Part shown: piece by piece, positions 40,388 to 53,225 of the stretch
Layout of the letters: each line of letters opens with the position of its first letter
How positions within the stretch are numbered: position 1 is the stretch's first letter
Assembly (NCBI GenBank): GCA_964485575.1
Contig: CAZAJO010000001.1
Coordinates: 59,602 to 123,601 of the forward strand
Direction of reading: 5' to 3'
Source of the DNA: an uncultured Gammaproteobacteria bacterium
Lineage (GTDB): Bacteria; Patescibacteriota; Microgenomatia; Levybacterales; GWA1-39-11
DNA length: 64,000 nucleotides
Made by a program: the position numbers and the translations under genes
Notes under the pieces: model-generated
Database searches by the model: none
Told to the model about the DNA's origin: nothing
What the model saw: only the letters and a program-made list of their open reading frames with translations

Positions 40388-41440
40388 TTAGTCGTAGTCC
40401 TGTCTTTTTCCTGCTACTCGCAACATGAATACAAACCCTAATACTACAACTCCCACCAACATTATAACAAAAAGTTTTCCGCGACTAGAAACACTTAACG
40501 CAACTACTCCTAAGAGCAATGACATGAACCAATAAAAAACGGCTATACTTCTATGTCCCAATCCGTAGTTAAGCAACAGGTGATGGAGATGTCCACGGTC
40601 ATGCCAAAAAGGAGATTTTTTCGCAAGCAAACGCCTGATAATTGTTATTGCTGCATCAACACTTGGTACACCCATTACAAGTACTGCCGTTGCCAATTTC
40701 ACCCCTGAAGTTATAGAAAGTATCCCAATAAAATAACCGAGTATGGTGGCGCTGTACCCAGGGAATATTTTTGCTGGATAAAAATTGTAGACTAAAAATC
40801 CTAGCGACGCACCACCTACAATAAAAGAGATCATTGAAGTCGCGTAGCTTAACTGTTCTGTAGAGACAAATCTAAAAGCGGCAATGCCAATTACAAATGC
40901 AGAGATAGCAGCAATACCTGGCATCTGTCCATCTACACCCTTACTCCAATTTAACATGTTCATAACCCACACGATCCATATGATTGCCAATACATCACCA
41001 AAATTGAATGTTTGGGACAAAATGACGAACTGAAAATTAGTAAAGTGCAATATTCCCCCTAATGGGTTTGTAATGAAAGGGACAGTAACACCTGCATAAA
41101 CAGCTATCGCTGCAGTCAATATATTTATCCCAAACCGTATGTAGGGAGACAGGTCAAATTTGTCATCCAAAACTCCTGTTATGACTACGATAAAACCTCC
41201 TATGAATATTGTTTTGATAAAGTTATCGAAAGGAACAAATATAATGGCAGCCAATGCAATTCCTATATATATAGCAAGCCCTCCCGCTCTTGGAATTGGT
41301 TTTTTATGAAGAATTGCAGGATGGATGTGCTTCTTTGGATCATCCATCAGTTTTGCTTTCTTTGCGAATTTGATTATGAAAGGAACAGCCAAGACGGTGA
41401 TAAGGAAAGAAACAACTGGAGCCAAAATTAAATTTTGCAT
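40388..41440 (-). CDS. MraY/WecA-family polyprenyl-phosphate HexNAc-1-phosphate transferase
   Basis: PIPRAGGLAI, GVLDDK, NWSKGVDG, YNFYPAKIF and DRGHLHH. Confidence 0.9.
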   Translation of the reverse strand: MQNLILAPVVSFLITVLAVPFIIKFAKKAKLMDDPKKHIHPAILHKKPIPRAGGLAIYIGIALAAIIFVPFDNFIKTIFIGGFIVVITGVLDDKFDLSPYIRFGINILTAAIAVYAGVTVPFITNPLGGILHFTNFQFVILSQTFNFGDVLAIIWIVWVMNMLNWSKGVDGQMPGIAAISAFVIGIAAFRFVSTEQLSYATSMISFIVGGASLGFLVYNFYPAKIFPGYSATILGYFIGILSITSGVKLATAVLVMGVPSVDAAITIIRRLLAKKSPFWHDRGHLHHLLLNYGLGHRSIAVFYWFMSLLLGVVALSVSSRGKLFVIMLVGVVVLGFVFMLRVAGKRQDYD

Positions 41441-41793
41441 TAAAATGTTAAAAATAAGATCTGTAAATAGGCAAGCAGTCCAAGTAATAAAATCAGAAAA
41501 CAATTAAACAATACAATTCTTGATATAAGGACATACTTAGTATAAACAAAAGTTGCCAACAAAACATTCCCTACAAATATTACAACAAGCAACATCGGTA
41601 ATACGATTGTGATATTGGAACTGATCAATCGTTGCTCTCCCCATGGCATGCTGTTAAAAAATGGGATCAGCGGTGGTAAATTCCCGTAAGTGACGATGAT
41701 AATCGCGATGAGAGGAACTATAAAAATAATAGACAACAATAACGATATCCTGACAAATTGATCACTTAATACGATGCTAAATTTCTCTTTCAT
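41440..41793 (-). CDS. Small 3-TM membrane protein (DUF1648-like)
   Basis: LPPLIPFFNSMPWGE motif between TM helices. Confidence 0.7.
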   Translation of the reverse strand: MKEKFSIVLSDQFVRISLLLSIIFIVPLIAIIIVTYGNLPPLIPFFNSMPWGEQRLISSNITIVLPMLLVVIFVGNVLLATFVYTKYVLISRIVLFNCFLILLLGLLAYLQILFLTF

Positions 41794-43243
41794 AAATTTT
41801 TGTACCGTCCATGATATATCTCAACTGATACGACGACAAAATATTGTCGACCAACGGAACATCAATTGTTTGTATTATATATTTTGGCTGTTCTTTATCA
41901 ATCTCCCGTTTTGTGATAGTGTCCGCATTTTTATAAAAAGTAATATGATAAGCAACAACATACTTTCCTATAGGAAGTCTATTGGATAATGCGTATATCT
42001 GCGCGCTGTCGGACCAGAGGAACACACTTTCATTGCCCTTAATATTCATGCGTATGAAGTTTGCAATGTCATAATCCCGTGGAGTGTTCCTATCAAAAAA
42101 TCCTTCGTATTCAACGATACGTTCTTTGTTGGTTATGAACTTAAAGTAATTATTGTAATAAGGAATAGAACGGAGATAGATCTGAAAATGAAAATACGCA
42201 AAATAACAAATGACAACAATTGCAACAACGTTCAATATGCGTAATTTTACTTTCTCAAATAATTGTCCTATCAGAAGCGAAAAAACCGGAAGAATTACGA
42301 GCGAATAATGTATATAGGGCCTCTCCGAAAAGAATGCATTATACAAAGAAAATATCAGCCACAGATAAATAAACAAGGAAGCCTTTGATATCCTCTTTCG
42401 ATTTACGAAGATTATCATCAAACCAACAAATAATAAAATAGTCTTAATAACAAGAATTCCCATTGGGAATATAAATCTATTTTGCTCTCCAACATATGAA
42501 ACGTTCTGTAAGAAAACCGCGCTAATAAATTCTTTTGGAATTCCTAACACCAAAAAAACTGCGAAACATACAAAAAGAAGAGACATGGTTGCAATAAAAA
42601 AATCTATAAATCTCTTTGCATTTTGATTAGAGACAATTACCCTACTTGAAAGCAGAATAAATGCAAAAAATGCCGCAAAGTCAAAAACGGCAACTATCTT
42701 CGTGATGACAGCAATTGACAAAAGTAACCCTGCATAAATGAGTTTTTTCCTTTGTTTGTTTTCGAGATAAGAATAAATCAAATAAGCTGCGCTTATAATA
42801 GGAAGCAGCATAAAATTCTCTGCGTTGGCTATATTTCCTTCCAAGATAGGTAGACCAAAAAGTATCGAAAATACTGTTGTAGAAATGTAAAATGACAGAG
42901 GATTTGCAAACATTTTTTTTGACAACAGAAAAAAGATTACCGTTGAAAATAAACCGGCAAATAAGGAAAGAAGTTTTATAAGGTATAGGTTCCCATTTAC
43001 AAGTGCGTAGATTATATAAAGGAGTGGGGGTTTATTGTCCCAAATGTCCTTGTAGAGTGTCTTTCCCGAAAGCAATGCTCTTCCAATAACTTGATATATC
43101 CCCTCATCTCCATACCAATGTGGCTCTATAAGGGATGGTATTCTCAGGAGTACGAAAACTGTACAAATAGCTAGTAAGAACCATGCATCCTTATATTCAT
43201 AAAAGGACTTCGACTTATAAATTCTTAAAAAAAAACTTTTCAT
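41777..43243 (-). CDS. GT-C fold glycosyltransferase (ArnT/PMT-like)
   Basis: WYGDEGIY, LYKDIWDNKPP and ANAENF; about 11 TM helices. Confidence 0.85.
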   Translation of the reverse strand: MKSFFLRIYKSKSFYEYKDAWFLLAICTVFVLLRIPSLIEPHWYGDEGIYQVIGRALLSGKTLYKDIWDNKPPLLYIIYALVNGNLYLIKLLSLFAGLFSTVIFFLLSKKMFANPLSFYISTTVFSILFGLPILEGNIANAENFMLLPIISAAYLIYSYLENKQRKKLIYAGLLLSIAVITKIVAVFDFAAFFAFILLSSRVIVSNQNAKRFIDFFIATMSLLFVCFAVFLVLGIPKEFISAVFLQNVSYVGEQNRFIFPMGILVIKTILLFVGLMIIFVNRKRISKASLFIYLWLIFSLYNAFFSERPYIHYSLVILPVFSLLIGQLFEKVKLRILNVVAIVVICYFAYFHFQIYLRSIPYYNNYFKFITNKERIVEYEGFFDRNTPRDYDIANFIRMNIKGNESVFLWSDSAQIYALSNRLPIGKYVVAYHITFYKNADTITKREIDKEQPKYIIQTIDVPLVDNILSSYQLRYIMDGTKIYEREI

Positions 43244-43248
43244 GTGAG

Positions 43249-44748
43249 TTAGACTTTCTCTGTTACCTTGTACTCCAATCTCTTTCCAATGATTAGTTGT
43301 ACATGTGAAATCAAGGCAGGGAGAGCAGATAAGAAAAATCCAGCAACGGGCATGAAAAGAAATTCAGCAGGAAAAAGTAATTTTCTGATTCTTGAATGCT
43401 TTTCTTGATTTTTCTTTGGACCTAAAGAATAATCGACATAAATCATGGCCAAAATTGAGACAAGACAAAGAGTCAAAATAAAAGCAGATATATGAGGAAG
43501 TGTATACCCCAGATTTGTTCTCGTAAAAACCGGGTTTATTAAAGCTACTAAATTTGCAGAGATCGTGATAATAAACCAATTCACTGGCCAGAGTATGTGG
43601 TCTACGATAACGTTTGTGACAAGCATTGTCTTTCTCCAAAAAGGCACACCGGGTACTGTCAGATACCATTTAATATAGGTTGCATCATCTGCAATCCCCC
43701 ATGACCATCTTCTCTCTTGGTGATATTTATTCATCAGACTTCTTCTATAAGAATATGACATTGCAGCATCCATTGAAGTCTTGAGAAATATTGGCTCTAC
43801 AACTACTCTTCCTTTTGTTTTGAAAAATGCTTTGAAAAAGACTCTATAGTCTTCAGGTATGACATCTACATCCCAATTCCCAATATCCATGAGCAATTTG
43901 AAGGAGAGAGAATATACCGAATTTGGAACAAGGCGGGTATGTTGTACAAGAACTGATGTCCTCCATAAACTCCCAAAGAACGAAATTACTCTCGTAAAAG
44001 AAGGTACTTGCCAAAAATTATTGTAAGTCACATTTGCAGATTGCCAAAATGTGTATAGAGGATCTTTTACAGTTAAGAATGAATAGGCAAGGTATGAGAA
44101 AAATGCTTTGTCAAAAAGAACGTCAGCATCAGCAGAGGTCACGGTCATATAATTGATATCTAGCTTGCCGGATTTTACTAATTTTTCATATGCGTCAGCA
44201 GCAGCAAATGCTTGGTTAGATGACTTTCCCTTTACTTCATCTGGTAAATCTGGGTGGAGCGTGTAGTGAAAACCCCCAAAGATTTTTTCATATTCTTTTT
44301 TAAGTTTGTCACCTTTTGCTGCTACTTCTTCCTCTCTTTTTTCAAATGCCATATAAATGTGTATCTGATGCATAGGAAATGTTTGATCATGAATACTTTC
44401 TAGTGTTTCCTTAATTTTTTCATAACTTTCTTTGTAGCTTGGAATAACAATAAGATGGTGAACTTTTGAAAAATCTGGAAATGCTTTTGCTTTTGCCAAC
44501 CAGTCAGTCCTTTCAGCGCTTCTTATTTTTCTTGCAGCTACATATGATGTACCTACTAAATGAACCGATTTGTAGAACCAATACACATCAAAGAAAATTA
44601 TGAAATAAGAAAGCGCTATAGGGAAAAAATATGCACCCCATACAGGCATCGTTATCAGAAACAAACCTATAACCGGGGGAATTATCTCAAGAGCCCTTCG
44701 GGATTTGATAGGATATCTGGTAAATAATCTGTCGAGTGTTGTGTGCAT
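43249..44748 (-). CDS. Membrane-embedded GT2 family glycosyltransferase
   Basis: IPSYKE, GKSSN, DADV (DxD), IPED and QERRWSWG (QxxRW). Confidence 0.88.
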   Translation of the reverse strand: MHTTLDRLFTRYPIKSRRALEIIPPVIGLFLITMPVWGAYFFPIALSYFIIFFDVYWFYKSVHLVGTSYVAARKIRSAERTDWLAKAKAFPDFSKVHHLIVIPSYKESYEKIKETLESIHDQTFPMHQIHIYMAFEKREEEVAAKGDKLKKEYEKIFGGFHYTLHPDLPDEVKGKSSNQAFAAADAYEKLVKSGKLDINYMTVTSADADVLFDKAFFSYLAYSFLTVKDPLYTFWQSANVTYNNFWQVPSFTRVISFFGSLWRTSVLVQHTRLVPNSVYSLSFKLLMDIGNWDVDVIPEDYRVFFKAFFKTKGRVVVEPIFLKTSMDAAMSYSYRRSLMNKYHQERRWSWGIADDATYIKWYLTVPGVPFWRKTMLVTNVIVDHILWPVNWFIITISANLVALINPVFTRTNLGYTLPHISAFILTLCLVSILAMIYVDYSLGPKKNQEKHSRIRKLLFPAEFLFMPVAGFFLSALPALISHVQLIIGKRLEYKVTEKV

Positions 44749-44750
44749 TT

Positions 44751-45569
44751 TTAGACTGAAAAAACAGCGCGAAAATTACGCTCGATTTGAGCCTCAAGAG
44801 TATTATAGGGAATTCCCTTGTTCTTCGCAATGAACTCTAAGATAATGGGAATATTGGAAGGGGTGTTCCTTTGACCTCTTAGTGGCACTGGGGAAAGAAA
44901 TGGACTGTCAGTCTCGGTTAAGATCATATCCTCTGGAACAAATTTAACAAGATCTACTAATGGTGTCGTCTCTCCAGGTGGCACACCATCATAGGTAACA
45001 TTCCCATCAAATCCCACCAAAAATCCCATGTCTAAAACCTTTTTCGTAAACTCTACACTTCCCGAGAAGCAATGGAACATCCCTGGTACTTTTCTTAATT
45101 GATTTTTGTAATCAGAAAGAATTGCCAAAGTCTCATCCCAAGCAAGTCGTGTGTGGATCTGTAATGGTAGATTTAGTTTTATAGACAACTCTATTTGTTT
45201 TCTAAAAGCATCTTCTTGCAAATCGACGGGAACAACTCCATTGGTCCGGTAATTCCAAAAATCCATCCCTACTTCCCCAATTCCTATCACTTTTGGCTGC
45301 TTTGCCAATTCTTCAAGCTTTTCTAGCCAGTCCTCTGGCATAAGACCTTCATATTGCGCGTCTGATTTGTCTGCGTGGTGTGGATGAATTCCAATAATTG
45401 CCCAACAATTTTCAAATTTCTGAGCTATTTCAACGGCTTTTATTGAAGAGTCTACTGAGGTACCGGTGTTTACAATTGTCGTAACACCTATGCCTACTGC
45501 CTCTTTTATAACAGATTCAGCATCCTCTTCGAATTTATGAAACTGCAAGTGACAATGCGCATCTAACAT
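44751..45569 (-). CDS. tatD: TatD family hydrolase/DNase
   Basis: DAHCHL, GIHPH, GEVGMD, HTR, HCFSG and ETDSPFL. Confidence 0.95.
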   Translation of the reverse strand: MLDAHCHLQFHKFEEDAESVIKEAVGIGVTTIVNTGTSVDSSIKAVEIAQKFENCWAIIGIHPHHADKSDAQYEGLMPEDWLEKLEELAKQPKVIGIGEVGMDFWNYRTNGVVPVDLQEDAFRKQIELSIKLNLPLQIHTRLAWDETLAILSDYKNQLRKVPGMFHCFSGSVEFTKKVLDMGFLVGFDGNVTYDGVPPGETTPLVDLVKFVPEDMILTETDSPFLSPVPLRGQRNTPSNIPIILEFIAKNKGIPYNTLEAQIERNFRAVFSV

Positions 45570-45606
45570 GAGTTTATTTTACAAGAAAGTGAAGATTAAT
45601 GTGAAG

Positions 45607-47551
<1,945 letters not shown>

Positions 47552-47607
47552 TTAAAATATCCAAACAAGAAAAACTTGGTTGGAGTGAATGTATTTATAC
47601 AAAACGG

Positions 47608-47634
47608 TTATCAATTTGTCAAGTAGTCTGCTAA
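47608..47634 (-). promoter_or_regulatory. Degenerate CIRCE overlapping the groES promoter
   Basis: Minus strand TTAGCAGAC-N9-AATTGATAA. The -35 TTGACA lies in the N9 spacer, with TATAAA 17 nt downstream. Confidence 0.65.
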
Positions 47635-47729
47635 TTTGATTCGCGTTTACGCTTGCAAAAGTATGCAAAATCTTCTACGCTAATATCATCTTGTATTGCA
47701 GGCTGTTAGGCTTGTGACCTTGAGATGGA

Positions 47730-48938
47730 ATGAACATTTTTAAAAATAAATATTTTCTCCTTGGTAATCTTGCTTTCCTATTAATAGTGATCCCTGTCGT
47801 ACTCTTTTTCGTTAAGAACCAAACATCAACACGGGGAAGTGCCGCACCGACAAGCACTCTATCATTTATAGATCCGACAGTGATCGCTGACCAATGCGAT
47901 GACTCAAAAACTGCGCGACTCGTCCTCAACCCCGGACAAAATGTAGTAAATAGAATCGCACTGGCTCTTAAATGGGATAAGACTAAATTTGATGTTGTAT
48001 TCACTCCGAATAAAACAGCATTTCCTGACATTGCAAAAGATGCAGCCCCCACAGCAGATGGCATGACTATTACTCTTGCCATAGGTCCTGATGTCACCAA
48101 AGCAATCAGCACTACAACCGATGTCGGGACGGTACAGATAAAGCCAATTGCTCCAACGACAAAAGTTGATCTTGAGGTTGACCCCGTCAATACGAAAATA
48201 TTTTCACTTTCAAGCCAAGATGGAGCAGCTGAAAATGTACTCAATCCTGGTGGACTGGTTCCTCTTCAAGTAGCCATAACCGCAAAAGTATGTACGGATG
48301 CAACAATCACTCCAACTGTAACCGGTAACCCACCAGATACCCAATCCTCAATAACACCAACCGTAACTACTGTTCCAACAACATCCGCAGTTACACCAAC
48401 GACAGCAGCTACCACTCCTACGACTGCACCAATAGCAACCGCAACTCCAACCTCAGCTGTTGCCAATCAATCACCAACGTGTCTTAATCTCGCGTCATCT
48501 ACCTCTTCGGGTTCTGCACCACTTTCAGTAACCTTGACAGCAACGGGTAGAGATACAGATGGAATTGTCTCAAAAGCTACGTTTAATTTTGGTGATGGAT
48601 CTCAACAAGATGTCACAACAGGACTTGGGACAGCATCGGTCTCAGCGCAACTGGCTCATACATATAATTCTGGGGGGAACTTCACATCAACTGCAGTATT
48701 TACGGATAATTCAGGTGCTGTGAGTGCAACATGCTCACAAGTTATTGCGGTCAGCGGAGCAATTGCGACCATTCCTCCAACAGCTACACCAACCATTGAG
48801 ATAGGAAGTATCAGTCCTACAGATCCCCCAACTGCTACTCCAACCATCTCAAATCCTGGTGGAGTTAGTATCACATTCGGTTTGATTGGCGGAATTGTAC
48901 TTGCAATAATCGCCGGTATCTTCTTACTCGCCCTCTAA
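47730..48938 (+). CDS. Surface protein: N-terminal TM, cohesin-like beta domain, TP linker, PKD domain, C-terminal TM
   Basis: SGSAPLSVTL...FNFGDG...HTYNSGG (PKD); TP-rich linkers; ends PGG + TM. Confidence 0.82.
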   Translation: MNIFKNKYFLLGNLAFLLIVIPVVLFFVKNQTSTRGSAAPTSTLSFIDPTVIADQCDDSKTARLVLNPGQNVVNRIALALKWDKTKFDVVFTPNKTAFPDIAKDAAPTADGMTITLAIGPDVTKAISTTTDVGTVQIKPIAPTTKVDLEVDPVNTKIFSLSSQDGAAENVLNPGGLVPLQVAITAKVCTDATITPTVTGNPPDTQSSITPTVTTVPTTSAVTPTTAATTPTTAPIATATPTSAVANQSPTCLNLASSTSSGSAPLSVTLTATGRDTDGIVSKATFNFGDGSQQDVTTGLGTASVSAQLAHTYNSGGNFTSTAVFTDNSGAVSATCSQVIAVSGAIATIPPTATPTIEIGSISPTDPPTATPTISNPGGVSITFGLIGGIVLAIIAGIFLLAL

Positions 48939-48983
48939 TAACTTGAGGTTTGATTTTTTGAATAGTCTTCTCGTTGGCTCTAG

Positions 48984-50744
48984 CTAAACTTTGAGGATGC
49001 TCATAAAAGCTTCTTTGGGGACATTGACTCTTCCGATAGATTTCATCTTTTTCTTTCCCTCTTTTTGCTTGTCTAACAATTTGTCTTTTCTTGTTCTGTC
49101 TCCTCCATACAATTTCCCGGTAACATCTTTCATGTAAGCTCCTATCTTTTCAGATGCAATTACTTTTGCTCCGATTTGGGCTCTTACCGCAATTTGGAAA
49201 GAATGCTTGGGAATTGACTTTGAAAGCGTCTCAACAATTCTTCTTGAAAATGACTCCGTATTTGATTTGTGCACAATAAATGATAATTCAGGAACAACTA
49301 CATCGTTGACAGAGATATCAACACGTTCCAGATCAGAGTTTCTGTAGTCTAAAAAGTCGTAGTCAAATGAAGCATATCCTGCAGAAGCCGACTTTAGTTT
49401 GTCATAGAAGTCGTAGACAATATTTGAAAGTGGCATCTCAAAAGTAACTTTTACTTGTGATCCAAAATATGAAACGTCCCCTTCAGTCCCGCGTCCTTTA
49501 TAGACAAGATCCAAAATTCCACCAAGATATTGCGCTGGTGTGTATACCTCCCCCAAAATGAATGGCTCTTTAATATCATTCCTTGAAATATCAAAATCTT
49601 TCGGACTTGAAACTTCTTCCCCATCTACAAGATAAAGTATAGAAGGCGGTGCACTAAACACATCCAGATTGTATTCACGCTCAATCCTCTCCAATACAAT
49701 TTGTGAATGCAAAAGGCCTAGAAATCCGCAGCGAAAACCTGACCCAAATACAGTTGAGTAATCAGGAGCAATTACCAATGCCGCATCCGTTAACTTTAAT
49801 GAATAAATTGCTTTTCTTAAATTTTGAAAATCAGATGAATCAGTTGGGTAGATAGACAGGTAAACAAAAGACTTTTGCTCTTTGTATCCGGGAAGACTTT
49901 CTCCAGGATTTTTTGAAAGAGTCATCGTATCTCCAACTTTTGCCTGAGTTATATCTTTGATGTTTGTGATCACATAACCAACGTCTCCATTCTTAAGAAT
50001 TTGGGAAGAAGTAAAATTAGGTGTCATAAATCCAACATCCATAACAAGCGCTTTGGAATTATCAGACAAAAAGGTTATCTCATCTCCCTTTTTTATCTCA
50101 CCATTTCTAACCCTTACAAAGATTACAATTCCTCTGTGCTCATCATATTTACTATCAAATATAAGAGCCTGAGTTTTATCTCCATCTACAATTGTTGGCG
50201 GTGGAACTTTCTCAATTAAGACTTCTATCAACTTTTCAACACCAAGCCCTGACTTTGCACTGATACGCAAGATCTCTTCCTTAGCAAATCCAAAGGATTC
50301 AACAATCTCATTTTCGACCTTTTCAACCTCCGCACTATCAAGGTCCACTTTATTGATTACTGGGATGATTGTTAATCCCAAGCTTTTTGCTACATTAAAA
50401 TGACTGACGGTCTGTGCCTGAATTCCTTTTGTCGCGTCTACCACCAATATCGCACCTTCACATGCATAAAGAGTTCTAACAACTTCATAGGAAAAATCTA
50501 CGTGCCCTGGTGTATCAATCAAATTAAGGATATAGTCCTGATTATTTATCTGGTACTTCATGTGGACTGGTGCAAGCTTTATTGTTATTCCTCTTTCCCG
50601 AGAAATTGGGTTGCTATCCAAATATTGCTCTTGCTCTAATTGTGAGCGAGTAAGAGTACCTGTTATACCCATGAATCTATCGGCAAGCGTTGACTTACCG
50701 TGATCCACATGGGCAATTATGGCAAAGTTTCGAATATTGTTCAT
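48984..50744 (-). CDS. lepA: Translation elongation factor 4 (LepA)
   Basis: IRNFAIIAHVDHGKSTL, RERGITIK, DTPGHVDF, GFRCGFLGLLH and KLYGGDRTRK. Confidence 0.98.
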   Translation of the reverse strand: MNNIRNFAIIAHVDHGKSTLADRFMGITGTLTRSQLEQEQYLDSNPISRERGITIKLAPVHMKYQINNQDYILNLIDTPGHVDFSYEVVRTLYACEGAILVVDATKGIQAQTVSHFNVAKSLGLTIIPVINKVDLDSAEVEKVENEIVESFGFAKEEILRISAKSGLGVEKLIEVLIEKVPPPTIVDGDKTQALIFDSKYDEHRGIVIFVRVRNGEIKKGDEITFLSDNSKALVMDVGFMTPNFTSSQILKNGDVGYVITNIKDITQAKVGDTMTLSKNPGESLPGYKEQKSFVYLSIYPTDSSDFQNLRKAIYSLKLTDAALVIAPDYSTVFGSGFRCGFLGLLHSQIVLERIEREYNLDVFSAPPSILYLVDGEEVSSPKDFDISRNDIKEPFILGEVYTPAQYLGGILDLVYKGRGTEGDVSYFGSQVKVTFEMPLSNIVYDFYDKLKSASAGYASFDYDFLDYRNSDLERVDISVNDVVVPELSFIVHKSNTESFSRRIVETLSKSIPKHSFQIAVRAQIGAKVIASEKIGAYMKDVTGKLYGGDRTRKDKLLDKQKEGKKKMKSIGRVNVPKEAFMSILKV

Positions 50745-50774
50745 TAGGAGATTATATCATTGCAAATGGTTTAC

Positions 50775-51464
50775 CTACCGACCAGCTGGGGGATTTGTGT
50801 CATATTTATTCCCAAGAAAATCCATAGGCATATATCCGGTTTCACCAAAATCAGGCCCTATCTGGGAGTTTTGAAAAACTACTGAAACTTTGTATACCCT
50901 TTTTGATATTTCCTGATTTGCTTCATGGTCATACCCTATTGCATCCTCGGCCTCTCCAATTATCTTTACGACGTCACCATCAAATACTGCTACCTGGTCT
51001 GTTTCAGGATTTATATCAACAGTTAAACCCTGACGTAAAACAACACCAGGCCTTATTCTACTTGGATCATTCACATAGAAAAAGTCTTCAACTTGAGGAT
51101 CAAACTTTTCCCCATTCCCATCTAAGTATTCCTTCCCAAATTGTTTTTTTTGTCTTTCATAAGCATCCTTCAGGGGTTGATATTTGGGACTGTTCACTTC
51201 TTTAAGTTTCATCAACTCTCTTCTATATTGAGTTCCCCGGAACATATAGTCATAAATATAATATATTTTCTCACCATCTATAATTAAAGGGTACGATGGG
51301 GTAGGAGAAGGAGCTACTGCTTCATTAAGATTACTTGGATATTGGTTGTTAGTACCCTCAAAAAACCCGTCAGAAGCCAAACCTGCAACTGTTATGGCAA
51401 ACCCTGCTCCAATCCCACCAATTCCAACCCATTCTTTTTTCCCTAATCCAAGAAATTCTTTCAT
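50775..51464 (-). CDS. Membrane-anchored hypothetical protein with possible C-terminal SH3b-like domain
   Basis: N-terminal hydrophobic helix; VVLRQG...GDVVKII...YKV...ETGYMPMDFL pattern. Confidence 0.65.
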   Translation of the reverse strand: MKEFLGLGKKEWVGIGGIGAGFAITVAGLASDGFFEGTNNQYPSNLNEAVAPSPTPSYPLIIDGEKIYYIYDYMFRGTQYRRELMKLKEVNSPKYQPLKDAYERQKKQFGKEYLDGNGEKFDPQVEDFFYVNDPSRIRPGVVLRQGLTVDINPETDQVAVFDGDVVKIIGEAEDAIGYDHEANQEISKRVYKVSVVFQNSQIGPDFGETGYMPMDFLGNKYDTNPPAGR

Positions 51465-51502
51465 AATAAAACGTATTATATCTAAAAATATTGCTAAAAA
51501 AA

Positions 51503-53155
51503 CTAGGGGTTGAGTTTGGATCCGTCGAGGAGTTCGCTGATTTGTTTTATTATTTTGTCATGATACTTAAATTGTTTTATGACGGCAATAATATAGAAGG
51601 CTTCTTTGATATCTAATAACCAAGTGAAAAAGATGTAAGCGACAATTCCAGTTGTTGATGCTATCCCTGTTAAAATCAAAAGATTTATTGTTCTTGTTGT
51701 ATCAAAAACTAACTGATCCAAAAGCTTTATAGGAATATATAATGCTACTCCCATAACAAGCGTTGCTGTAAGAATTTTTAATGTAGTAATTACGATCTCA
51801 AGTTTTGGCAGGGTAATTTTTGCATTAAGGGTTATGAGCAAAAGTATGAAACTCATAATATTTCCTACTGTGAAAGAAACCCCAAGATAATAGACGGGGA
51901 GTTTTAAAAATAAAATAAAATAATAAGAAAGTGCGATATTTATGATCACCGAAAACAATGTGATGAAAAAAGGCGTCTGAGAATCTTTTAGCGCGAAAAA
52001 TGCTCTTGAAAAAAGGTAGATAGCGCTTTGGGCAGCTATTGATATCCCAAGAAGCGCCAAAGTAAGCCCAGTAGCAACAGTTGCGTCCCAATCAAAACGT
52101 GATGCTCCAAAGAATAACCTGACAATTGGTATCCTCAAAACAACAAGAAGCGCACTTATCGGAAGTGTAATATACATGATTTGGTTGAGAGAGCTTACAA
52201 AAATCGAAACAAATTCCTGAGGTTCTTTTGACTTAATGGAAAGTGATGGAAAGGAAGCCTGTGCGATAGATTGGCCAAAGAGAAGTACTGGGGCAAGCAT
52301 TAATGTTTGCGCTAACTCAAGAATTACAAGTCCACGGGCTGTCGTAAAGGAAGCAAAGAAAACGTTAGCAGTAATTGCAATCTGCGCAATGAGTAATGTT
52401 AAAGACCGTGGAACCATTAAGGCTGCGATTTTTCTCACTGCATAATCACGATGGAGAGTGAACCGAAAACGAAAACCAGTTCCTCGAAGTAATGGAAGTT
52501 GTGCTACAAAAAAGAAAAAAGCTCCGATAACTACACCAAAAGTCGCTCCGTATATACCCAGGTGAAAAATACCTGACAGAACCGTTATCCCAATTATTAT
52601 TCCGAGGTTGTATAAGGCAGATGCTATCCCCGGAACCAAAAAATGTTGAAAAGACTGCAAAACTCCAGAAAAGACAGTTCCTACTACAAAAAATACCTCA
52701 GATATTTGGATTATGATCATGAGATTTGCCATAAGTTCTATCTCACGGTCAGAAAATCCGGGAGCGACAGCGCGAGCTAAGGGATGGGCAAACAAAACGA
52801 TAAATATTGAGATCACAACAAAAACAAGAACACCATACGATAGAATTGCTGACGTAAATCTATTAGCCTCATCTTTTTTGTTCTGGGACACAAATTCAGA
52901 AAAAATAGGTATAAATGAGGTTGATAAGGCTCCAGTTATAAAAATCTGAAAAAGAAAATCCGGCACCCTAAATGATGCCAAAAATACTCCAAGATCACTT
53001 GATGCTCCGAATATGGCAACAAGAAGTCTATATTTGAAAAGTCCAAGAACTTGTCCAAAGATTGTTGTTGCTACAATAAAAAAAGCAGCAGTAAAAATAT
53101 TTGACTGCTTTAGTGTTAACGCTTGTAATCCCTTTTTAAAAATATCTTTTACCAT
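51503..53155 (-). CDS. murJ: Lipid II flippase MurJ (MviN)
   Basis: SFRVPDFLF, GALSTSFIPIF, APGF and RAFFALKDSQTP; about 14 TM helices. Confidence 0.95.
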   Translation of the reverse strand: MVKDIFKKGLQALTLKQSNIFTAAFFIVATTIFGQVLGLFKYRLLVAIFGASSDLGVFLASFRVPDFLFQIFITGALSTSFIPIFSEFVSQNKKDEANRFTSAILSYGVLVFVVISIFIVLFAHPLARAVAPGFSDREIELMANLMIIIQISEVFFVVGTVFSGVLQSFQHFLVPGIASALYNLGIIIGITVLSGIFHLGIYGATFGVVIGAFFFFVAQLPLLRGTGFRFRFTLHRDYAVRKIAALMVPRSLTLLIAQIAITANVFFASFTTARGLVILELAQTLMLAPVLLFGQSIAQASFPSLSIKSKEPQEFVSIFVSSLNQIMYITLPISALLVVLRIPIVRLFFGASRFDWDATVATGLTLALLGISIAAQSAIYLFSRAFFALKDSQTPFFITLFSVIINIALSYYFILFLKLPVYYLGVSFTVGNIMSFILLLITLNAKITLPKLEIVITTLKILTATLVMGVALYIPIKLLDQLVFDTTRTINLLILTGIASTTGIVAYIFFTWLLDIKEAFYIIAVIKQFKYHDKIIKQISELLDGSKLNP

Positions 53156-53225
53156 TGTTTGTTTATCAAATATTACTAAACAAACAATGTCGAAACATTA
53201 ATTTATTAATGTTGTCCCATTGTTT
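53153..53225 (-). promoter_or_regulatory. Structured murJ leader with mutually exclusive hairpins
   Basis: Perfect 13-bp inverted repeat 53153-65/53177-89 includes the start codon; a competing hairpin spans 53182-53225. Confidence 0.55.
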
